Shown piece by piece: positions 24,892-38,397 of a stretch of 64,000 nt of DNA. Each line of letters starts with the position of its first letter. Positions within the stretch are counted from its first letter, which is position 1. The DNA comes from Octopus sinensis (Eukaryota), in assembly GCF_006345805.1 (NCBI RefSeq), contig NC_042998.1, positions 76,942,001 through 77,006,000 on the forward strand, written 5' to 3'. The notes beneath the pieces are model-generated. The model had not been told where the DNA came from. It did not search any database and saw only the letters and a program-made list of their open reading frames with translations. The translations under genes were made by a program, and so were the position numbers.

Positions 24892-25750
24892 ATATATGCA
24901 TATATACATACGTATACGTATATACATATGCATATGTGGAAACAGGACGTCACAAAACGGAAACAGCAAAAAATACGAAGTACAAGGACATGGAATATGA
25001 ATGTTTTTGCGAACAACGAAAGAAACAAAAGGAAAACAAGACACATAACACATAGAACGATCCTTCATCAGTTGTCGGCTGTTTTTCTAATCGGCATTTC
25101 GAGCAATTCACAAGTTACGCCTTCGATAAAACAGTGCTCCTGCAAAGCAAATTAAATACAATTTGGGATTTTGCGGAGGGTCAGAATTGGTGACAAAAAC
25201 AGCAACAATGAAAACAAACTGGAAGGACTGCTAAGCCTAAATGAGGTTGTGGTGTCAAACGCGAAGAAACAAGCTTGGACAGGAGACAGACAAGAACACG
25301 CCTTCCTTGTCCAGCTGCAACAGGAAGAGAGAATGAAACACAGATTAGGAGAAGAAAGAAAAATTGCCGATGGTCACGTGGGAGCCACGTGAGCAAAGGA
25401 GGAAGACTGAGGGAGAGAGAGAGAGTGACAGACAGAGAACTTTTAAGTGGAGAGGAAAAGATTTGGAGATAGGATAACAGAGAAAAAAGAGAGGGAGAAG
25501 GGGAGGTAAAAGAATAAGAGAAAGGAAAGGAAAAAGCAAAATAGTAAGAGGATAGAATAATGGGAGAAGTGAACGTAAAAGAATAGGAGAAGGGAAGGGC
25601 GAAAACGAAAGAGTAAAATAATAGAATAGTGGGGGAAGAGGATGTAAAGGAATAAGAGACAGGAAGAGAGAAAAAAACGAAAGAATAATCGGAAGAATAG
25701 AGAGTGAGAAACCAAAAAAGATCATTGCGAACTGTAACTCAGAGTTTCAC
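24885..25750 (-). mobile_element. PLE-like terminal-repeat fragment(s)
   Basis: Contains a lone CTGATGAAGG (25060-25070, minus) and GAAACTCTGAGTT half-hammerhead (~25735-25747, minus); cut by a SINE. Confidence 0.4.
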
Positions 25751-25751
25751 G

Positions 25752-25958
25752 TTACCGTTCGTCGGGCGAAATGCTTAGCGGTATTTCGTCTGTCGTTACG
25801 TTCTGAGTTCGAATTCCGCCGAGGTCGACTTTACCTTTTATCCTTTCGGGGTCAATAAATAAAGTACCAGTTTCGCACTGGGGTCGATGTAATCCACTTA
25901 ATCCCTTTGTCTGTCCTTGTTTGTCCCCTCTGTGTTTAGCCCCTTGTGGGTAGTAAAG

Positions 25959-25960
<2 letters not shown>
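25752..25960 (+). mobile_element. SINE family 1
   Basis: Near-consensus body. Confidence 0.9.
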
Positions 25961-26015
<55 letters not shown>

Positions 26016-26102
26016 CATATACATGAATGCGTACACACATCTACTCAAAACCGAGCTCTATATAAAATGTCGTGCAACCTGCCATCCTCAGTTATAAGTA
26101 AG

Positions 26103-26169
26103 GTTACAATGTAAAGCAGAGTAAATCGAAATTGCCATTAAACTGATTTACTCTGGTTTACATTGTAAC
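26103..26169. repeat. 25-bp inverted repeat with a 17-nt spacer
   Basis: GTTACAATGTAAAGCAGAGTAAATC / GATTTACTCTGGTTTACATTGTAAC, 1 mismatch. Confidence 0.85.
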
Positions 26170-26629
26170 AAACATGTAATTTTAGCAACTCTGCAATATT
26201 ATGTGCGTCACTTTGGCTACAAGCAACTTTTTATCCCTCAATATTTCTTGAGTAATACGATCAAAATAGTCCATAAATGAAAACAAACCCTACACATACA
26301 TTGGTTCACAACCGCCAAGAAAACTGAGCAAATCAATATATTCCAGTGTATCTATTATGTAAAATTCACAGTGTGTCAAGGTGACTTAATAAGGCGCTAA
26401 GTAAACCAATTTAATTGTCGATGCATGCATCAGTTTCTATTCTTTGGTAATGTTAAGAGAAAAGTTATTGAGAATCAATGGACATATATGAATAAGCATA
26501 TTGCTGCCAACAATCATATCTGACAAATATTTGTAGATCTTAGTAACTGCAAAAGAATATTATTTTTTCAAAAGTCCGTTGAGTTAATAAGCAATACCAT
26601 TAAATTACTCTCAGCTCCTTCGTTTTAGA

Positions 26630-27000
26630 GCCTATGAGGGAGGACCTACTTAGTGGACCTATCGTGTAGAAATAGAAGACAAATATCCCTTAAATGATAT
26701 CTAACCAAATATATATTTAAAATTACAGAACACACCTGATAGTTTAGTACTATATGAATTTTGTGGATATGGAAGAAGTTATGAATCCTAGATGGGATGA
26801 CCTCTGACTAAATATCATCAACAGCTGAATTCCATACCCTACAAAAGTGGTTCTGCGATGGATGTTGTCCAAAATGTCATGTCTATGTGTTGAGAAGGAA
26901 CATGATCCCATCCATATGTAGGAGTAATATTTCATAAAACACCTCACTTGAGCTTTGTAGAGTGTTAGTAGTTGTTGCTGGTTGAAATATTTACTAGACT
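26630..27000 (-). mobile_element. CR1/L2/Jockey-group LINE C-terminal fragment
   Basis: LLTLYKAQVRCFMKYYSYIW...HDILDNIHRR resembles LYK..VRP.MEY.S.IW. Confidence 0.6.
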
Positions 27001-28290
27001 TCAAGCGAAGAGAAAGGTTGTATCTATGATACTAGCATAGCACGGACCGTTTGTTTGACTTGATCACCAAGTAAAGGGGACATGAGGAGCATGTAATTGT
27101 AGGCTAAACAGTTGTCATCAGGCAGTGATTGGATGTCCCGATTATTGAAACGAAATTTTCAATTTGGTAAATATGTTGAGGTGTGAGAGAGAACAAATGT
27201 GTTTGTGCTGCCTGTGTATCGGTTTTGTTTGTGGATGTGGTAAGTTAGGGGAAAGGGTTGAGAACATATTGCAGATTCTACTGTGTGTGCAGAATACAAA
27301 ACGATTCACTCAGGTACTTACCCTCAGCCATATTCTTATTAGAAATGAAACAAATGCAACAAATCTTGAAATACATCACACTTTTCTTCAAAAGTGTTGC
27401 AAAATACATGAGTTTAAGTGTTTAAAACCACATAAATCAAGTAAAAGCACGCAATTTTTAATTGTGTTTAAAACGATCCTATCAATTTCTACGAATGGCA
27501 ATTTGCTATCTTGAGTACGTGGAAAATTAAACGGATCTGACCTTGGTAATGCACTGAAAATGGGCTGAAAATATGGCTTCTTTAACAAATGGAAAAAAAC
27601 AAAACATTTTACATTCATGAACGAATTTCTCGTTTAATATTTCCAGTAAAATACAATGTAATTTATATGCACAATTTCTGTAATATTAAAAGTGTTTCCT
27701 GTTATATAGTTTATTTTGCAGGCTTGATTATTTTTTCCATTTCATTGCAATAATTGCAAGATAGCAAGTCACTAATTGGTGTTTAAATCTCATCTAATTT
27801 TTTTTGTTTTTTCTTTGTTTTGCAGAAATAATATTTTATTTATTTTACAAATTAATCGGCAATTTTTCTTCCGGTATTTATTCGTTATGTATGAAACACC
27901 GTAGAATGGCGAAATGATTCACCAAAATAGTGTCACGAACGCATAGATTGAAATTTACAGCTAAAACTTTGTGTTTCGATACTGTTTTCTACTACCCTAG
28001 GGTCTAATATTTTGTAGAAAATTTTGTTTAGTAAATATATTCGCTGATTTCAGAGGAATTTTATAATATTATAATAATTATTACTATTATTAAAATGCAC
28101 CTGTTTGGTAAGTTATTTAACATGAAATCAGAACTACAGAAATCATGATGTGACAGAGTCATTTCACACACACACACACACAAATTCTCATCTGCTTTAT
28201 TATTGCTCTACTATATAATATTGGATATTATATTCTTTCGTCATACTTTGAAACTTTAGTTACTGTACATTGGCATAGTTATAACTGCTG

Positions 28291-28545
28291 TTATGAATAT
28301 ATTTGGCAGTCACGAAATTCCAGGTTTGTTATCACTGCACTGGTGTTTAGGAAAGTATTTTCTACCATGTTAAACTCAAGCATTCTGAGTGAAATTTGGT
28401 AGATCGAAATTACCCTGAAATGAACTGCTCTTATCTTAGACAACAGATTTAATATGTCACTCGGTGTAATACATTCTATGTACATTTCTCTTCTAGGTAT
28501 TTCACGAAGTGAATCCGTGCAAAATTTCATGTTTAACAAATGCTA
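28291..28545 (-). pseudogene. LRRNT/LRR-like open patch of ~84 codons
   Basis: FCTDSLREIPR (C...L..IP) and ENTFLNTSAVITNLEFRDCQIYS; bounded by stops. Confidence 0.2.
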
Positions 28546-28669
28546 TGTGAGAATGTCATAGTAACATTTAAATATCCTAGCACTGTCATGTCCTAGATAA
28601 TTTACTTAGAAGTCGGGTGTGGGTTTCTTTACGGAAGTGATATTCTATATTATTCCAGTAAATCTAATT

Positions 28670-28870
28670 ATAGGGAGAGGGGAATTAACGAAAAAACAAA
28701 GGACGGAGACAGGTGGTGTAGAAAACAAACAGATGTATTAGTATAACGCTCGGGAATTAAAAAAGTCTTTAACATTTCGAGCCTACGCTCCTCCAAAGAA
28801 AGGAACACAGAAAGAAACGAGGAGAGAAAAAGAATGTGTGTAGTAGCTACCGATCTATCAACTGTTACGT
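28670..28870 (-). mobile_element. PLE-like repeat with a degenerate hammerhead-like remnant
   Basis: GAGCGTAGGCTCGAAATGTTAAAGA on the minus strand; core eroded. Confidence 0.45.
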
Positions 28871-28993
28871 TCCTTAACTGCCAAACTGTCACTATTTCCA
28901 TAGTTAGAGTAAGAATAATTCATTGTCAATGATTGACTATTTTAGTTGTTTACACGGTAAAATGATGCTTAGTATGCACTAAAAATAATATAA

Positions 28994-29360
28994 ACTAGCT
29001 GTATAACATGGCTTTGCCCGCGATTAAGTTAGGACTATTAAGTTAATCAAGTTCTTTATTTCAAACCAAACTAAGTAACATCGACGTTACATTTGGGTGA
29101 AATCCATTGAAATTGGTTTATATATATATATATCTATGTATATAAAACTCAACTTGTGTGTGTGTGTGTGTATCTGTGTGTGTGTATCTGTGTGTGTGTC
29201 TCTGTGTTTAACTTCCCGGCACATCTCCTCCTAGCCAACAAATCGTAGAACCACCAAACATGGGTCACTTAAAGATTAGGCGAATGAAAATTGAACTGCG
29301 CTATTTCTGTTCCGAAATTCATCTCGCAAGTGCAAAAATCGATAATGTGTTTGTTTAGTC
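28994..29360 (+). mobile_element. Helentron/HINE (Lep1/DINE-1-like) non-autonomous element
   Basis: ACTAGCTGT...GCTTTGCCCGCG start followed by a (GT/TCTG) microsatellite; similar starts at 48809 and 62023. Confidence 0.45.
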
Positions 29361-29685
29361 CTTATCCCATGTATTGAATAGTGAACTTTACTCAGTTACA
29401 TTCTGATTTCAAATTCCGCCGAGGTCGGCTTTCCTTTTCATCATTTCAGGGTCGATTAAACTTACTCGTCGCTAGAAGGGGACTTAACTTCTGTTTGCAA
29501 ACAATGGTGATTTCTCCGACTTGAAAATTGTTAAAAGTTTTGGTTGAAAATTTATTTTTACTGCTATTCGCTGGTGCCTCTGGGGAAAATATGTTGACGA
29601 AAATACAGCTAAGATCATGACGAATGTCCTCCTAAAATTGGAGCGAAATGCGTGCTACTTTGTGGACGTGCTTAAATTACATTCA

Positions 29686-29728
<43 letters not shown>

Positions 29729-31099
29729 ACACACACACACATCCTGCCTTTTATATATACAGATATCAGTCAAATATGACTTGAGTAAAAGCGTCTCTAT
29801 TCCCTTTTTCATCAAAAAACAATTTACTGTGGCAAATTTTATTACTAAACGCCATGACGACGCGACAATCGCCAGCCTTTTCTTTCCCACCACCATCAAC
29901 CCTCCATCGCTTCTCCATCATTCTTACCATTAAATCCACCACTAATACTACTACTATTACTACGACGATTTTACTGCACTACAGGAAGTGAAGGACGCTG
30001 AAGAGACATAAAAAATGCTATGATTTAGGCAAAAGGCTGGTAATATACTGAGGGTAGGTTTTAGTCAATATTATCTGACTTGTACTATAAGTTATCGAAC
30101 CTCACTGGATGAATGGTATAAAAAGTTGGAAGAAATTCCACAAGTAACTTTGTTTCATGCTCTTGTCAGATGAGTATGGAATAATAATGAAGACTACCAA
30201 AATGGATGGGTGCAGATAGGAATGGAATTAGAATGTGGCGCAAAACGGAAAGTTCAGTTGATATACAGGTAGTAGTAAGAGATGCCACAGAAAATTCTAC
30301 CTAGAGGAACTGAAGAAAAAAAGAAGAGAAGAAACGGTGACAACAGTAGAAAATGAAAGAGCAATAATTAACCCGAGAATGAAGTCGTAGCTTTGAGGAA
30401 ATTGGAAAATAATAACCGCGTTCTCAATGTCACTATTAAATGATCAGCAAGCGAATTGGACTCATTCCAGTTAAATCACCTCATCGCGTTGGAAATACTC
30501 GTATGACTTTTTACAAGTTCAACTTCGTACGTATAATAGTATGCTTTCAGAATTGAATGTTATGCTTCAGTGACAATTCGTACAACTTTTAATATTACAG
30601 TTGGGTACACCCCATATTCTTGATATTTTAAAGTTTAATTCCTATCACTTTTTAATGAAAGAAATGCAATGTATATTATGAGACATTCTATTTTTCGTAA
30701 GGTCATGTTGAATGAAGCGAAGCTAATGAATGAGACAGAAGCATCTTAAATAAACTCCAGACGGTACAATAATCCACACTGGTGCCTAGTGTGAAATAGT
30801 GTTATGTTATATAGATCACGGCATGATCTGTCACATAATAGAAAAACTCTGTCACAGTTTAGACCATAATACAAGAAGGAAGAGGCGAAACATATCTCTA
30901 AAATCACATGCGTGTTGGATGAGTTCTTTCTTTTACAAGATTAACAAAATTGCCACAGCACCCAACTTTATATTTCGTATTACTGAGTAATATTCCTGAG
31001 TTCACAATTCCGCCGGAGCCGATTTAGCACTGTCAGGTACGAGAGGATATTGGTTTCAACTATTCGTCCCTCTAAGACGTTTTACGATTATTTGATATC

Positions 31100-31720
31100 T
31101 TTGAAGTGTCACTGAGGTGAAATTTGACTCATTCTTTCGTGGTTGATGAAAATAAGTTACAAGCCAAGACAACAGGGCAATGTCATCGACAAAATCCAAG
31201 TTTGTTAGCCGGTCCCTCGCCCTCCATGGTATGCCTATAGCCGGTCCGACTATTGATCTTTACATAACAAAATAGATGACCATCAGAAACAACATTGGTG
31301 ACAAGAGACAGCTTTGTCTTACACCAATGGCGATCTTAAGAGAACCATTGTATCAATATTCTTTTCTAATGTAGCAGCTTGAAACTGCTAAGCAGACTGA
31401 TGTAATCATCTGGTATTCCATACACTTTTGCAATCTTCCAGATGGTTTCTCTATGCACATTGTCAACCACATTTTTGAGGTCAATGGAGTTTATTACTAG
31501 TGGTCCTTGGTGTTCCATGCATTGTGCTACAATGTTGTTCAGTGTGTATATTTTTGATCGCAGCACAATCTGCTGAGTCGAAATCCGAGTTGTGGTTCTC
31601 TCAGCTTTGCATCCAGTGTAAACGTCAACCGGAACAGCACAGTACTTTACTCGGCGTTGACAATAGTGTTATTCCCCTCAGACACTGTAGCAAAGGGCAT
31701 TCCTTCTGCACCTCTCATGA
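31100..31720 (-). mobile_element. RTE-clade RT fragment
   Basis: RGITLLSTPSKVL; IYTLNNIVAQCMEHQGPLVINSIDLKNVVDNVHRETIWKI..YGIP. Confidence 0.8.
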
Positions 31721-33423
31721 GACTAACAGAAAATAAAGTAGCAATATGTTACGAAGGTATAGAATGAACCCTTCTTTTGGAAAATTGCCAGACATGTGCC
31801 AAACTTAGTGACAATTATTTTCATTATGAGAGAAGTTGATTGGCCGAGTGGTTAGGACATCTAACAAGATGAGTTCAAATCCCAACGAGTTCAATTTTGT
31901 TATTCATCTTTTTGGGACTCAAGTAGTAGTATCGACTAAAAACCTCAAAATTTTCGGTCTCGTATTTAAACCAGAAGCAATTATCATTTAGTAGAAGGTC
32001 AATTGAAACAATCGTTAGAGCTTTGGATAACATATCTTTAATTATTTATCGAGATTCCTTTATATTATGGAAAGAAAGTTTGCCGCGGTGGACTTTTCAT
32101 TTCAGCTTCCAGTGATTGATAAAGTTCCAATTAAGCATTGGTATCAGTTTAACCCTCTGTGCCCTCTCGCCAAACCTATACAGGCCATGTGCCTAAATTA
32201 CAAACTATAATTGTTAGCTATTTAAGGGTTGGCGTAATATAAGTTTTACAATTTATTTTCTTCTGAATATTTTGTTAATTATAAAGGTATATTTCTGCAA
32301 AACCTGGGAACAATGCCAAGTGACAGTATTTGTTTTAGAAGGTTACATAATAGTCTATTATTTTCATTGTAATATTATCTCGAAATATCATTTATATGGA
32401 TATAAAGCACCCATCTGTAAGTTGTTTATATAGCTGTCTGCATCCCGAGTGCTTCTGTTTAGAAGAATTGCTCACACAATCCTGATATCATCATTTCGAG
32501 TTTACAGTGTGTGTCACAGCGTTTGTATAGCATCATGAATGTGATTTTTGTTTACTTTGTTCTTTGAAGGTATATTCTATTGAAATTTCAAATTTCTTCA
32601 TTTGTTTTCGTCCCAATTTGAATAGTTATATTTGTATTTTCTATCCATTTCGTGGGAAAATCCACAAACTAAGAAAGAAAAATCAAAATTACACGCCTGA
32701 AAGTATATATTTCTACCTTTGTCCACAATGTCTCTTGTATGGAGAAGAAGAACAAAGAAGAAGGAGAGAGAGAGAGTGAGAGAAAGTGAAAGATAATTTC
32801 ATAACTAGAATCACTCATTGGATTCGTTCGTTCATATGAATCTTCTAACATTTGTTAAATTTCCCAAGCAGTCACTTCCCTACAACTTATCATCCTCGTT
32901 TAAAATAAAACAAAAATATATTTCCTGTGAAATATTAGGAAATCGTTACACATACATACTTACATACATGCATACAATCAAAGTTGAATACCATTTGATG
33001 CATAAAAGAGTCCTTTATTTCTTGGTGATCTTGAGAGGGAAACAAAGATGTGTAAATAAAGAGATCGTAACAGTAAGAAAGTGAAACATAACTAAATGTG
33101 AAAATAATGTATAGAAGCAAAAAATTTTAATGTCTCAGAAATATAGAGAGAAGAAGAATGAATGTATGAAGCATAGAGAGAGAGGAATAGAGAGGAAGTG
33201 ATATCTATGAGAAGCAAAGTGTAGATTGAGGCAAATTTTAAGAAAACTCAGGTACTGTTGATAACGATGCGTGCCTACAAGTCATCGTCATGTATTTTCG
33301 ATAGTTGAGAGAAAGAACTAAAAAACGATATATTCCCTTACCATTAAAACACTTATCACCGAATGAAAGAACTTTTAGTCACGACCAGTAATATAACAAT
33401 TCACACAGACACACATATATAGA

Positions 33424-33479
<56 letters not shown>

Positions 33480-33525
33480 TAGTTTCAGCTCAGAGCTGCG
33501 GCCATGCTGATGCATCGCCGTTAAA

Positions 33526-33573
<48 letters not shown>

Positions 33574-34202
33574 ATATATACCAAAACACGCTCCCATGCA
33601 CAAGAAACGCTCACTTGCACACATACGTATGTGCACAATGTATCCTCCTACGCATATTATATAGTATTTCCTTTTTTTCCACTAGCGGCATTGCTTATAA
33701 AGACATCTCAACATTAATATAAATGAATTCGTGTATTTTGCATTTGGATTTTTAAATATTTGTTGTGGTCTTTTCTGCAACATAACATCTTGCTTTTAAC
33801 GCATGTTAGACTTAATTTTCGTCTTCTTTCTAATTTTTCATGAGCTAAACAGACGTTTTCATGAAGGCATTCGTAAAATATTATCGAAGCACCAGTAGCG
33901 CAATGAGCCTGTTCAGTTTTAATCACAATCCAAATAGATTGGTGACGACAGTATCCTGTTTCTGTATATGTGTTTGTCGATGTGTTGGAAAATCAGTTTT
34001 TGTGGATATAGTTGTGTGTGAACGATTTCCATGCGCGCGTAGGCAAGTATTTGATTGCGTCTGTGTGCCGTTCGTAAAAATATACGCTATATTATATAGA
34101 GAAATTCAACAAGATAATCCATTATGTTTTCCTTTCATAGGATTACGTATGACATAACTTTATGGTTTTTGCGCGTACGTGCTCATCTGTATTTGGTAAT
34201 GC

Positions 34203-34267
<65 letters not shown>

Positions 34268-34647
34268 ATGTATGTATATGTGTTTGTAAGAGAAGCTATG
34301 ACAATATAAAAGACGCAATAGCGAGAATTTGGACAATTAAAAGGTGGGGGATACTTAATGGCGAATGATAATGTCTTAATTTTCTGAAACAACCCTCTTA
34401 GTGGGAAAAAGAAAACAAAACCCTGGAGGCAATTGTTAGCTTTTCCATATAGAAAGGGATATCATTTCAACAAAATATTAATATTTCGAATAAAATAGCA
34501 TGCTACGAAAGGGCAGCTTGACCTTTGTTGCAAACAAGGGACTGTATGTATGTATATATATATACGTAAGCAAACACAGATTAAGCACGTATATGTATAT
34601 ATCTGTATATCTATTAATACGTAAAGAAACACAGATTAAGCACATAT

Positions 34648-34693
<46 letters not shown>

Positions 34694-34719
34694 TACATAT
34701 ATATATATATGTATGTATG

Positions 34720-34759
34720 TATGAGTATATATATATCTATATCTATCTATCTCTCTATA

Positions 34760-34835
<76 letters not shown>

Positions 34836-34861
34836 AGTCTGTCTGTCTGTCTATCTATCTG

Positions 34862-34910
<49 letters not shown>

Positions 34911-34950
34911 ATCTATCTATATCTAACTATATCTATCTATGTATATCTAT
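34720..34950. repeat. (ATCT)n(GTCT)n(ATCT)n compound tetranucleotide repeat
   Basis: Direct inspection. Confidence 0.95.
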
Positions 34951-34964
34951 ATCTAGGGAGTGCA

Positions 34965-35275
34965 ATCCACTGGGAGCTATGTAGAAAGCTAGGATTTGAA
35001 CATACTGATAAATGGCATGAACATGAACCTAGTAAAATACTACAAAGCAAGAAATATATGATTTTGTGGGGGTTCAAAATTCAGCGTGACAGAGTAATAG
35101 AAGCTAGAAGGCCTTATTTGGTTGTAGTACATAAAGAGAATAGAAAGCGTCCGATAGGTGACCTTACAGTCTCAAATACTGAATAAATTAATGAGAGGTA
35201 TATAAAAAGTAGCAAATAAAAGGACCTAGCTATTGAATTGCAGACATTATGGAAAATGCAGATAAATTGCATTTC
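34965..35275 (+). mobile_element. R4/Dong RLE fragment
   Basis: ILWGFKIQRDRVIEARRP..VVV...KDLAIELQTLWKM. Confidence 0.7.
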
Positions 35276-35527
35276 AGTAGTAGACGAAAATACCTATTTC
35301 TTTACTACCTACAAGGCGCTAAACACAGAGAAGATGAACAAGGACAGACAAACGGATTAAGTCGATTATATCGACCCCAGTGCGTAACTGGTACTTATTT
35401 AATCAACCCCGAAAGGATGAAAGGGAAAGTCGACCTCGGCGGAATTTGAACTCAGAACGTAACCGCAGACGAAATACCACTAAGCATTTCGCCCGGCGTG
35501 CTAACTACTCTCTCTACTCACCGCCCT
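35270..35527 (-). mobile_element. SINE family 1
   Basis: Near-consensus; (CTA)n(TAA)n at its head side. Confidence 0.9.
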
Positions 35528-35534
35528 AATAATG

Positions 35535-35579
<45 letters not shown>

Positions 35580-35612
35580 ATAATAATAATAATAATAATT
35601 GTAATAATAATA

Positions 35613-35643
<31 letters not shown>

Positions 35644-35744
35644 TATTGTATTGGCATCCTTTCTGTCTCGGGAGACAATGGAGTTGCGCATTTTTATTTT
35701 TTTATAGTCTAGTCCGGCTTTTATATTTCATGTCCTGATACATT

Positions 35745-36432
35745 TCCTGCTGTGGCTGTGTAGTCCTATCCTGGACAAACACTCCCTCTGGCAGGTACCG
35801 CAAATGTAGCGAAGACTGTTCCTGGCTGGTTGTAGTGCCATAGTCTCTTGTTTACGGCTCTTCCTTTCTTTCCATTTCTCCTCTCTCTCTCTGTCACTCT
35901 GTTTAACTGTACGTCGCCATTCTCCACGGTTGCCGGCAACTGCCTCCCAACCGCTAACATTGATGTTGCAGGCCTTCATATCCCTTTTGCAAACATCCCT
36001 GTAACGTAAGATCGGTCTACCCACAGACCTAGTACCCCTAGCAAGCTCTCCGTAGAGTATGTCCTTGGGGGTTCTGCCATCTTTCATACGGCTAACATGC
36101 CCAAGCCATCTCATACGTCTTTGGGTGAGGAGTGCAAAGATGCTTGGTATTCCTGCTTGCCTGAGGACATCTTTGTTGGGGATATGATTCTGCCATTTGA
36201 TGTGGAGGATTTTTCGGAAGCAGCGCAGGTGAAAGATGTTTAGGCGACGCTCTTGGCGTGTGTATAGCGTCCAGGTCTCGCTTCCATACAGTAGAGTGCT
36301 GAGTACACATGCCTGGTAGATCTTCATTTTCGTGGTCTTGGTCAGCTTATTGTCCCAAGCCCGTTTGGAGAGTTGGGCCATCGCAGCAGCTGCCTTGCCA
36401 ATGCGTATATTGAGCTCAGCGTCAAGGGATAG
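35745..36432 (-). mobile_element. RTE (BovB-like) LINE, 5'-truncated, uninterrupted ORF C-terminus
   Basis: SLDAELNIRIGKAAAAM...IYQACVLSTLLYGSETWTLY...RRMRWLGHVSRM...CGTCQRECLSRIGLHSH. Confidence 0.95.
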
Positions 36433-36467
36433 GTTAATAATAATAATGATAATAATAATAATAATAT

Positions 36468-36947
36468 TTAGGTATCCATGAACTAGATATTTTACAACAC
36501 ACACATATTGAAGAGAATATAAAGAAAGAATACTATAGACGAGTTAGATCAATACTAAAAACAGAGCTCAATGCTAAAATCAAGATAATAGCTAGTAACA
36601 CTTTAGCCGTCCCAGTTATAAGTTACAGCTACAATATCCTTAACTGGACACTAAATGTACTAACCAAAATAGACAGGAAAACAAGAAAAATAATGACAGG
36701 ATCTAGGATGCACCACCCAAAATCTGACATAGAGGGGCTATATATACAAAGTATAGAAGGTGGTAGAGGCCTTATACAGCTGGAAAACTATTATAAAATA
36801 AACACCATAGGACTGCAAAAATACCTACTTTAGAAGCAAAGAAAACTGTTACAAATAGCCTCAAACACGAGCAAAACAAATAAATGTTCTCAGTATTTAA
36901 GGAAGCTGACAATACAAACAAGAAATCATACTACCTAACAAATATGA

Positions 36948-37014
<67 letters not shown>

Positions 37015-37980
37015 GAAGAAGAAGAAGAGAAGAAGAAGAAGAAGAAGAAGAAGAAAAGCTATAAAACAAATGAAATCCAAACTAAGACTAGAACAGCAAC
37101 GGATCATGATAAAACGATAGCAAGAAAAGCCCCTTCATGGCAAATACTGGACTAAACTAAATGCAAAAGAAATAGACAGAGAAATATCCCAGTAATGGTT
37201 GAGAAGCTCAGGACTCAAAGCACACACGGAAAGATTTTTAATTGCAGTACAAGACCAAAGCCTCCCCACCAGAAATTACCAAAAATATATAATGAAAAGA
37301 AACATAAGTAACTGCAGAATATGTGGAGATTGACAAGAAACAAGAAATTATATTATCTCTGGCTTCCCAGCCTTGGCTACTAAGGAATGTACTCTCAGAC
37401 ACGACAGAGTTGGGACCTACATACACAGGAAGTTATGCCAACACCATGGAATAACGACAGAAAAAGGATGGTATAGGCACACACCAGAAAAGGTCACAGA
37501 AAACGAGAAAGCAACCATATTTTGGGATATGCCAATACACACAGATAGAGAAATTAAGGCCAATAGGCCAGATATAGTTGTCAGAGTTCATGAAGAAAAA
37601 AAGGTTTTCTATTTGATGTATCAATACCGGCAGATGACAACGTGTCTCTAAAAGAAATGGAGAAACTTTCAAAATACAAAGACCTGGAAATAGAGGTAAC
37701 TAGAATGTGGAATCTAAAAACAGAAACAATTCCTATTATAGTAGGCGCATTAGGTATGATAAAAAAATATCCAGACAAGTACACAACAATAACACCAGAA
37801 CTTTCAAATGTATATAACATATAGAAATTGCACTACTGGGCACTGCGCACATCCTACATAAGATACTTTCAATACAGTAACCATAAGAGTATCTTAACAA
37901 ACCACAGCACATACCCAAGGCACACAGAGCTGCGCTCGGTAGTGAAGTGAAAGCACGCTATAAAAATAAAACTACTGAAT
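36468..37980 (+). mobile_element. R4/Dong element, 5'-truncated, with 3' end and (TAA)n tail
   Basis: RHDRVGTYIHRKLC...IFWDMPIHTDREIKANRPDIVV...KYKDLEIEVTRMWNLKTETIPIIVGALG; 3' end ACTACTG(AAT)n. Confidence 0.92.
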
Positions 37981-37997
37981 AATAATAATAATAATAA

Positions 37998-38335
37998 TTG
38001 GGGAGCATCATAGCCATGTGTTGAGAGGGATTCTTTGGGGTTTGAATAATTCACCTCTGGAAACATGGGTGGTTCTTTCAACATCCTTAAACAACCCTTA
38101 TTCAGGGGCCTTTTGAGCGGAATGGGCTACTCAACCTGAAGAAAATTCTAACTGGGCCCCACCTGCAAGCTCATGTGCTGTTTATCTTGATATGAGATCA
38201 CCATGTCGCGCACATATGGTTGTGATGCATGTGCCTGGTGTACCCTTATCAGACGGGTAGTCATGATGGGTATACTGGGCTTCGTAAATTTTACCCCAGT
38301 GTCACTTTGATGGCATGAACTGCTCTCTCACTCAC

Positions 38336-38337
<2 letters not shown>
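37998..38337 (+). mobile_element. TAA-flanked non-coding retroposon, 5'-truncated
   Basis: Close match to 24400-24760; lies between two Dong elements. Confidence 0.8.

Positions 38338-38395
<58 letters not shown>

Positions 38396-38397
<2 letters not shown>

Noticed and set aside
25040-25110. CTGATGAAGG on the minus strand as a hammerhead
   Set aside because: No matching stem II, GAAA or stem I could be assembled.
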